Of a stretch of DNA of 64,000 nucleotides, positions 57,493 to 64,000 are shown in pieces. The stretch is taken from positions 11,474 to 75,473 of the forward strand of contig CAISTG010000015.1 in assembly GCA_903888345.1 (NCBI GenBank). The letters are read 5' to 3'. The notes under the pieces are model-generated. The model was not told the origin of the DNA, made no database searches, and was given only the letters and a program-made list of their open reading frames with translations. How positions within the stretch are numbered: position 1 is the first letter of the stretch; each line of letters opens with the position of its first letter. The DNA is from Candidatus Buchananbacteria bacterium (GTDB taxonomy: Bacteria > Patescibacteriota > Patescibacteriia > 2-01-FULL-39-33). The position numbers and the translations under genes are program-made.

Positions 57493-57504
57493 ATATAGAT
57501 TTTT

Positions 57505-58704
57505 TTAAACTTCAGCTTGAGCTACTGCTTCAACCGCTTGTTCAGCGACTGCCTCGGCAACTGGTTCTTTAGCAATGAAATATCGAGATTTATCATTCTT
57601 CTTGATCTTGTCACTATTCATTAAGGATAGATAGACAGTCGAGCGTTTGACATTACGTCTTTCTAAAACCTTATCGATAATCTGATCTTTAGTTAATGGT
57701 CCTTCAAGATTCAAGATTTCTTCAATGACATCAGCAACATTACCTGGTTTATAGCCCCATTCAGATAAGGCATAAATGCCGCGTCCGACTAAGACATATT
57801 TAGGATCCAGGATTAATTCGTTATGAACGGTTGGCGCATAAGCGATTTTGCCGTCAAAAGCATTAGTATTGATTTCGCTAGCGATTTCCGTAAAATGCAT
57901 TGGGCGTCCGCCACGTTTTAAGGTTAGATAAATCTTATCGTTAATTTTCTTCGGCTTAACAATGCCCCAAGAAATTAAACCCCAATTATCAAAGATGTCT
58001 TGTTTGATCTTACGAGAAGCTCTTAAATAGCTTTCCAAGATCTTATTAATATCATCTTCGGTCGCTTCTAACATGGTAGTTAAACTCATGATGCGATCTT
58101 TATTGGTGATATAGAATTCTGAACTCTTAAATTGTTCCATTAAATCTTCTAGTTTGACTGGCTCACCATTCTTTTCAACGATATTAACCATTTCAGTAAT
58201 AACTAACTTCAGGAAATCAACATCAGATGATCCTAATTTCCAAAGGTTATTAAATTCTTTATCTTGATAAACCTTATTGATATTATCAGAGAAGATATGC
58301 TCAGCTAAGAACATTAAAGAATTTTCGGCATCCGGATGGGTAATCATGTAATTCAAAACATTCTCTAAGAAGAAGGTTTCTTCCATGACGCCGCCATATT
58401 GCTCCAATAATTGGACCACTAGGTTTTCGGCCTCTTTGATATCATCTTTTAAGTCGCGCAATTCCTTGAGCTTCTTAATTGAAAGATTTTCAATTTGGCG
58501 AACACGCTCACGGGTAATACCGTAGCTTTGACCAATCTCTTCCAGAGTGTGGCGTTTAGGGTGACCTAAGCCAAAACGTCTAGTTAAGACATCTTTTTCC
58601 TTAATAGCTAGGTTAGCTAAAAGAATACCTAGGGTTTCGACCGGGTTAAAGGAGGATAATCCTTCTTTAAATTTGTTTTTTCTAACTTGATCTAAAATTG
58701 ACAT
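57505..58704 (-). CDS. Sigma-70 region-4 HTH + HARE-HTH/delta-like protein
   Basis: RRFGL....TLEEIG..YGITRERVRQIE; PMHF.EI; HNELI....VLVGRG.YAL.EWGY. Confidence 0.85.
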   Translation of the reverse strand: MSILDQVRKNKFKEGLSSFNPVETLGILLANLAIKEKDVLTRRFGLGHPKRHTLEEIGQSYGITRERVRQIENLSIKKLKELRDLKDDIKEAENLVVQLLEQYGGVMEETFFLENVLNYMITHPDAENSLMFLAEHIFSDNINKVYQDKEFNNLWKLGSSDVDFLKLVITEMVNIVEKNGEPVKLEDLMEQFKSSEFYITNKDRIMSLTTMLEATEDDINKILESYLRASRKIKQDIFDNWGLISWGIVKPKKINDKIYLTLKRGGRPMHFTEIASEINTNAFDGKIAYAPTVHNELILDPKYVLVGRGIYALSEWGYKPGNVADVIEEILNLEGPLTKDQIIDKVLERRNVKRSTVYLSLMNSDKIKKNDKSRYFIAKEPVAEAVAEQAVEAVAQAEV

Positions 58705-58829
58705 ATTTCAATTAATTTGTAGCTTATATTTTATAAAATGATTAATATGGTATAATTTAGACTATTTTTAGATGCTCTTTTTTATCTAAATTTGGCTAAA
58801 TACTACCTCTTTACTATTTTTATACCTTA

Positions 58830-58897
58830 ATTATATCAAAAAAGATGAACTTTGTCAATAGGCGCTATTTGACATTTATCCCAATTGGATTTATAAC
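58830..58897. promoter_or_regulatory. Back-to-back divergent sigma70 promoters
   Basis: Minus strand TTGACA-17-TATAAT (58858-58830); plus strand TTGACA-17-TATAAC (58869-58897). Confidence 0.75.
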
Positions 58898-58955
58898 ATA
58901 TCTAACGTACATTTTGACAGTATATTTTTTCTTCAACCAACAGGAGTGCCATGAG

Positions 58956-59195
58956 ATGAGTATTCCCCAAAATTGTGCGCAATGTAACAGTAGTAATATC
59001 AGTATTAGCCATTCTTATCCCGACGATGAAGAGACTGGCAATCAAAATGACATGAATGTTATTGTCCGCATCTATGTCCAGTGTCACGCTTGCGGCCATA
59101 CCAGCTATACTGATGAATACGACGGGCAACTGGGAGCAACGCCAATCCATAAATTTGACGACTACCCGCCCGAGGATTCCGATCCCGATCATTAG
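58956..59195 (+). CDS. Small acidic Zn-ribbon protein (start re-placed at MSIPQ)
   Basis: CAQC...CHACG; CAGGAG SD; terminator at 59212-59242. Confidence 0.7.
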   Translation: MSIPQNCAQCNSSNISISHSYPDDEETGNQNDMNVIVRIYVQCHACGHTSYTDEYDGQLGATPIHKFDDYPPEDSDPDH

Positions 59196-59240
59196 ACAAT
59201 TCGTAACCGACAAAACCCGACCAATAGGCCGGGTCTTTTT

Positions 59241-60359
59241 TTAAATTTTTCCTTTTTTAATCTCGCGTCGTAATTTCTCCATTAAACGTAAATAAAATTC
59301 CAGGTTATTCAAAGTGGCTAAGCGCATCGCCAAAGGCTCGGCGGTCTTAAAGAGATGATGTAAATAGGCTTTGGTGAATTTTTTTAAATTAGTATCATTA
59401 ATCGGCGAGAAGTCTTGTTTATACTTGGCATTCATAATATTGATGGCCTCATAACCTAAGCCGCTCCCCTGCCAAAGATACAATCGTCCATGACGCGCCT
59501 CTCGCGTGGGAATTACACAATCGAACATATCAATTCCCCGCTTAACCGCTTCGATAATATTTTCAGGCGTTCCAACGCCCATCAAGTAACGCGGCTTATC
59601 ACTTGGCAATTGTGGCGCCAAATAATCTAACACCTCATACATTTGCTCATTTGACTCACCAACGGCCAACCCGCCGACCGCATAACCATCAAAATTAAGT
59701 TTCGCTAAGTCTTTGAGTGACTGTTCACGCAAATCACGATAAACCCCGCCCTGATTGATAGCGAAATATAATTGTTTGGCGGCAGCAATGGTTTCTGATT
59801 TTTTTGGCTTATTACCTAACTTCCGCGTCTTCTTAATTTCCGTCATCGCTTCCTTGGCCCATTTAGTCGTCATACTAACAGCATCGGCCACTTCTTTATG
59901 AGTGGCAGTCGATGGCGGACAAACATCTAGGATCATAGCGATATCCGAACCAATAATGCGTTCAATCTCTAAAACCGATTTCGGCGTTAGGGTGTGCTTG
60001 CTGCCATCTAAATGAGAACGGAATTCAACGCCGTGTGGCATAATCTTTCTGATTTTCGATAAGGAGAAAACCTGAAAGCCACCCGAGTCAGTCAGAATCG
60101 AGCCTTTCCAGTCCATGAACTTATGCAACCCACCAGCCCCCTTCATCACTTCCATACCAGGAGTCAAATACAAATGATAAGTATTAGACAGCAAGATTGG
60201 CGATTTTAATTCCTTAATATCGGCTGCGGTGAGATTTTTAACCGCTGCTTTAGTGGCAATCGGCATGAAGAACGGCGTCGTTAGTGTACCGTGTGCCGTT
60301 TTCAGCTTACCTAAGCGGGCTTGTGATTTTTTGGATTTTTTAAGGAGTTTAAATGACAT
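59241..60359 (-). CDS. tgt: tRNA-guanine transglycosylase
   Basis: TP.FMP, NTYHL, TDSGGFQVFSL, QGG, GGLAVGE, YLMGVG, DMFDCV.PTR. Confidence 0.96.
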   Translation of the reverse strand: MSFKLLKKSKKSQARLGKLKTAHGTLTTPFFMPIATKAAVKNLTAADIKELKSPILLSNTYHLYLTPGMEVMKGAGGLHKFMDWKGSILTDSGGFQVFSLSKIRKIMPHGVEFRSHLDGSKHTLTPKSVLEIERIIGSDIAMILDVCPPSTATHKEVADAVSMTTKWAKEAMTEIKKTRKLGNKPKKSETIAAAKQLYFAINQGGVYRDLREQSLKDLAKLNFDGYAVGGLAVGESNEQMYEVLDYLAPQLPSDKPRYLMGVGTPENIIEAVKRGIDMFDCVIPTREARHGRLYLWQGSGLGYEAINIMNAKYKQDFSPINDTNLKKFTKAYLHHLFKTAEPLAMRLATLNNLEFYLRLMEKLRREIKKGKI

Positions 60360-60360
60360 G

Positions 60361-60389
60361 TTGACAATTAGGCTTTATTTTTATATAGT
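60361..60389 (+). promoter_or_regulatory. sigma70 promoter abutting the tgt start codon
   Basis: TTGACA-17-TATAGT. Confidence 0.7.
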
Positions 60390-60444
60390 TAACTATCATT
60401 TAGGACATTAACAATAGCCGTAACCAACCAAAAGGAATAGCAGC

Positions 60445-60732
60445 ATGGCCCTAACACCTGCAGAGTTCGAAATTGCACTAAACGAGAAGAATAAACGGGA
60501 TGAAGAATTAATGCGAGCCAAATTAGCAATTCGAGTTGATTTACTCGAGAAAATAATTGATGGCCAATTAGCTCTTGGCTCAAGTTACTGTGCCTTCGAT
60601 GACGACGAAATACTAACAACAAATGAATTGGATGAGATCGTCCGTAGATATAAGGCAGTCGGCTGGCTTAAGATTCACTATATTCCCCGACAGACTAATT
60701 TTGGCCCCCGGCTTGAATTTATATGGAAGTAA
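60445..60732 (+). CDS. Hypothetical protein, paralogue of 61053-61334
   Basis: MALTPAEFE...IVRRYKAVGW; AAAGGA SD. Confidence 0.75.
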   Translation: MALTPAEFEIALNEKNKRDEELMRAKLAIRVDLLEKIIDGQLALGSSYCAFDDDEILTTNELDEIVRRYKAVGWLKIHYIPRQTNFGPRLEFIWK

Positions 60733-60754
60733 CAAAGAACAAGGATCAACAACC

Positions 60755-61048
60755 ATGAACAACGATGAGCATACTGACTCTAAGTTCAATACCTACATGC
60801 ATGTGCTAAGTTTCTTTTTCTTCACTATGGCCATAACGCTACCCTATTTTAGGACCGACAATCTAGGCCTAATGTTTGCAGCAGTTTTTCTGCTCCTGGC
60901 AGGACTGACGAACCTATCACTGTGGGTCTGCAACTATCTCGGCCGAAAATTGAACGCGATCATCGAGGAATTGAGAAGCGCTAATGAAATTCCACCGATC
61001 TCAATCGATGAAGAAACCGAACCGCAACAATCACTAGAAGGAGAATAG
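60755..61048 (+). CDS. Small two-TM protein (start re-placed at MNNDEH)
   Basis: AAGGA SD; two hydrophobic helices; acidic tail. Confidence 0.7.
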   Translation: MNNDEHTDSKFNTYMHVLSFFFFTMAITLPYFRTDNLGLMFAAVFLLLAGLTNLSLWVCNYLGRKLNAIIEELRSANEIPPISIDEETEPQQSLEGE

Positions 61049-61052
61049 AGTC

Positions 61053-61334
61053 ATGGCCCTATCGCCAGAAAAATTTGAGGAAGCGGCCGTTCAGGCCAAG
61101 AAACTGAAAATTCAATCTCAGTTAGAACAAATCGAAAAAGATTTAGACCAGGCCATTACTTACGGCAAGCGAGAGATCTATGTTGGTGAACTGCCGCTAT
61201 CGGAAACCATGATTGCAATCAGACGACTCTACCATGAGGCCGGATGGGGCGAAGTTGAGTTCAATCCAAGCCATGACAATCGATCTGCTAGACCCGGCTC
61301 AGTGCAGATTAAATTAGTTAAGCGACCAACGTAA
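61053..61334 (+). CDS. Hypothetical protein, paralogue of 60445-60732
   Basis: MALSPEKFE...IRRLYHEAGW; AAGGAG SD; terminator at 61371-61398. Confidence 0.75.
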   Translation: MALSPEKFEEAAVQAKKLKIQSQLEQIEKDLDQAITYGKREIYVGELPLSETMIAIRRLYHEAGWGEVEFNPSHDNRSARPGSVQIKLVKRPT

Positions 61335-61396
61335 CAAGTCACCGCGACAAGACTACGAACATTTATTATCACTCTGGATCACCTTCCAGAGTTTTT

Positions 61397-63391
61397 TTAT
61401 TCCGTAATACCACTCACCTGTCCCAAAATCGGATCATCAAAAGAAGTGGTGATTGCTTTTAAAGTCTTGGAAATATCGGCGCCAGTTTCTAGATCTTTGG
61501 CAACTAATTTAATTTCTGGCAACAAAACTAGGACTCGACCCAAATCAGATTCTTGCGGCGTTAAACTAATATTAAAATCAGCATTAGCGCCCTTTGCGGT
61601 CTTAGGCAATTTAGAAATTTTCCAAGTCAATTTGCGCGTTGTTTTGTTGTAAGCAATATCGCCAGTATCGACATTAGTCTTAGCATCCCAATTAATATTC
61701 TTCGGTAAGATAGCAGAGACCTCAATCGTGCCAATATCGTGTAAGTTATTAGCTAGTGAAATTTTAATATTATAAGATGAAGCCTCGCCAACATTAGGCC
61801 TGATCGGACCGGCGCCTAAGGCAACATTATTTTCATCGTAATAGCGCGCTGCTGCTCTCAAACTTAAGTCAGAGTTTATCGAATTAACTAAGGTCTTACT
61901 CTTGATAAGTACCATTTCACCAGTAATATTTTTGAATTTTGCGGTAGCTGAATTAGCAATATTAAAGGTGGTGATATTAGATTTATTTAAGGTCAACAAA
62001 TCGCTAACCCGAATCTGCCAAGAAATATCCCCCTCTTCGCCGGGACGCAACGTTAGTAACTTCGGCACCTCTTTACCAGTCCAAGTAATAGTATGATCTT
62101 TGACCCGTCCATTGTTCTCATCAGACAAAGTATCCCAATTCAGAATCTCCGAATCCAGCAAAGCCGCAAGCTCAATGTTTTTGAGATCATCCTGACCGTT
62201 ATTTTTATAACTTAAAGTATAAAACAATACATCATCAAAACTAACCGACTGATCTTGGCCCGAGCCATTAACCACCAGAGCTAAACTTAATTGATCTTTC
62301 ACTACCTCCGTAATCAAAGACTGTTCGGCCATTAGTAGGGTGTCGTTATTATTTTTCCAATTGACGCGCAACTTTATTTCTTGATTACCCGAATCAACCA
62401 GTCCGGAATAATTACCACGAATAATTAATTTAACATCAGTACTAGTAACACTTAAATCAGTCGAGGTAGCTAATTTCTTTATTACCCAGAGATTATTGGT
62501 ACCATCTTTAGTGTCGGGAGAGGAGGAAGCAACCACAAAACCCTTCGGATATTCCGCACTCACTTCTAAATTATTTAAGACCTCTTTACCGATATTTCTG
62601 ATTGTCACCCTAAATTCAGCATCTTGATTAGCTAGTAGCTTATTTGGCGCCTCAGCTACTACGACAACGACTGAAGAAGTGATTCCCAAATCAACTGAAG
62701 CCTTTTGTTTAAAGTCGGCATTAAGATTCTCGGGCTTAAAAGTCAAAGTGCCTGATAAATTATGAACGGAATTAAGTGGCGCCGTAATCTTGCCGATAAA
62801 TTTTATTTGCTGAGTTTCTCCCACTTTCAAAACACTGATATCCCAATTATTTTTCTTGTCACCGGTCGCCTCTGGCGTTCCAGAAACATACTTAAAAGCT
62901 TCCGGATACAATAAGTCAATATTTAGATTATATAAATTAACCTTTTCTTTATTGGTAATTAAAATAGTATAGGTCTGCTCTTGACCAGCCACAATGGCAA
63001 TCGGTGGTTCAATCTTAAAGGTTACTTTTTCGTTAGTGAAAGTCTCATTATTTAAATTAGAAAAAATCAAAAAACCAACAACCGAAGCCACAAACAAGAC
63101 CGTAAACACGGCGACTAAAGTATATAAGATGGTTTGCCACAATGGCCGTTGACCCTGATCAAGTCTCGTTAAATCAGGTATTTGGCCGTCATCGTCAGTA
63201 TAAACATTAGCTAAATCACGCTGCATTTCCTTAGTGCGGTCATCTTTTTTGTTCCATCGTCCCGTTAAAACTGAACCTTTATTTTTTTTGGTGATTGCCC
63301 GAGCTAAATCATCTTGCATTGTGCCGATGTTTTTATCCACCGCTGCCAATTCGGTATCATCCGAAATTGGTTTTTTTGAAAATAAAGGCAT
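61397..63391 (-). CDS. Single-TM protein with tandem DUF11-like Ig domains
   Basis: One TM; repeated Y.I...N...W....L..GE units. Confidence 0.8.
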   Translation of the reverse strand: MPLFSKKPISDDTELAAVDKNIGTMQDDLARAITKKNKGSVLTGRWNKKDDRTKEMQRDLANVYTDDDGQIPDLTRLDQGQRPLWQTILYTLVAVFTVLFVASVVGFLIFSNLNNETFTNEKVTFKIEPPIAIVAGQEQTYTILITNKEKVNLYNLNIDLLYPEAFKYVSGTPEATGDKKNNWDISVLKVGETQQIKFIGKITAPLNSVHNLSGTLTFKPENLNADFKQKASVDLGITSSVVVVVAEAPNKLLANQDAEFRVTIRNIGKEVLNNLEVSAEYPKGFVVASSSPDTKDGTNNLWVIKKLATSTDLSVTSTDVKLIIRGNYSGLVDSGNQEIKLRVNWKNNNDTLLMAEQSLITEVVKDQLSLALVVNGSGQDQSVSFDDVLFYTLSYKNNGQDDLKNIELAALLDSEILNWDTLSDENNGRVKDHTITWTGKEVPKLLTLRPGEEGDISWQIRVSDLLTLNKSNITTFNIANSATAKFKNITGEMVLIKSKTLVNSINSDLSLRAAARYYDENNVALGAGPIRPNVGEASSYNIKISLANNLHDIGTIEVSAILPKNINWDAKTNVDTGDIAYNKTTRKLTWKISKLPKTAKGANADFNISLTPQESDLGRVLVLLPEIKLVAKDLETGADISKTLKAITTSFDDPILGQVSGITE

Positions 63392-63453
63392 AAAAATATA
63401 TAAAGTTTATTCAATTAAAGACGAACTAACTATTAACACGAAAAACCGGTTGC

Positions 63454-63999
63454 TTATTGCCCAGTAATCGCTTTTTTAGTGAAACCGACCGTCATGAATT
63501 TATCAGTGTCTGTTTTGCTAGAAAATAATAATTTATTATTAACGGTCTGCGCCGATTCGGGATAGAATAATTTGAGAGTTAAGTTATTAGGATAACTGAC
63601 CTCGCTGCTAAGATCATCCTGGCTTCGACCGGATTGTTTTTGAAATTTTAAACTATAGGAAGAAACCTCTGGCGAAAACAAATTCGCCGCCGCTCGAACA
63701 AGATTATTTTTGGGGTCATTTAATTCCACCTTGAATGGTAACTTATAAACTAGCACCAAATCTCGCGACTCACCTGGGCCGATCACGGTCCAATTAGCAA
63801 AAACTGTTTTGCCATTTTCTTCATAAATTTTCGTACCAGAAGTGGCATCAATAAAGGCGTTATTCTCATTCGTTAATGAAGCTAACAATTGAGCACGATC
63901 ATCAACAGTTTTAAATTTATCGGCGGTAAACCCTTTAAATCCGGCCGCCTGAATCAATTGACTGCCCGCTGGAACATAAATTCGTAAATAAGAGTTGTT
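63454..63999 (-). CDS. C-terminal part of a DUF4012-like protein (starts beyond the window)
   Basis: Frame open to the edge: YLRIYVPAGSQL; E.GKTVF..W; YKLP; Y.L..QKQSG. Confidence 0.75.
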   Translation of the reverse strand, partial: NNSYLRIYVPAGSQLIQAAGFKGFTADKFKTVDDRAQLLASLTNENNAFIDATSGTKIYEENGKTVFANWTVIGPGESRDLVLVYKLPFKVELNDPKNNLVRAAANLFSPEVSSYSLKFQKQSGRSQDDLSSEVSYPNNLTLKLFYPESAQTVNNKLLFSSKTDTDKFMTVGFTKKAITGQ

Positions 64000-64000
64000 A

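Noticed and set aside
503-63467. Many short ORFs in the track overlapping long genes (e.g. 939-1241, 4584-4892, 47229-47681, 55012-55350)
   Set aside because: Antisense or off-frame shadows of well-supported genes, with no motifs or start signals

Overview
About 40% GC bacterial DNA in standard code 11. The gene content points to Patescibacteria/CPR (inference): a TraD/VirD4-like ATPase with its membrane partner, a sigma-r4/HTH protein, a DUF4012-like gene, and giant secreted repeat proteins. Most core genes run on the minus strand and have AT-rich starts with no Shine-Dalgarno (SD). The window holds large surface proteins (PA14/GLUG, S8 protease-NHL, HYR/Ig, a cohesin-dockerin pair), housekeeping genes (rpoD, dnaG, tgt, ABC-F, HelD-like helicase, malic enzyme) and redox genes (ApbE flavinylation module, desulfoferrodoxin, rubrerythrin, hemerythrin, CDGSH pseudogene). 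Best candidates for new biology: (1) an operon of two divergent MoaA-like radical SAM enzymes plus a CofC/GT-A-like-NUDIX fusion, flanked by a CYTH enzyme and an NMP-kinase-like gene; (2) a second radical SAM/kinase/phosphoglycosyl-transferase/NUDIX cluster; (3) at least eight self-contained promoter-SD-ORF-terminator cassettes between SD-less core genes; (4) a tRNA-Asn(GUU) split by a 234-nt group I intron and clamped by a leader-trailer helix; (5) a GIY-YIG gene inside a CGTC-type palindromic element, with an empty element of the same design elsewhere; (6) a uORF/terminator attenuator upstream of the HelD-like gene; (7) a TGT lacking its zinc-binding cysteines. All family calls come from motif reading; no database search was run.
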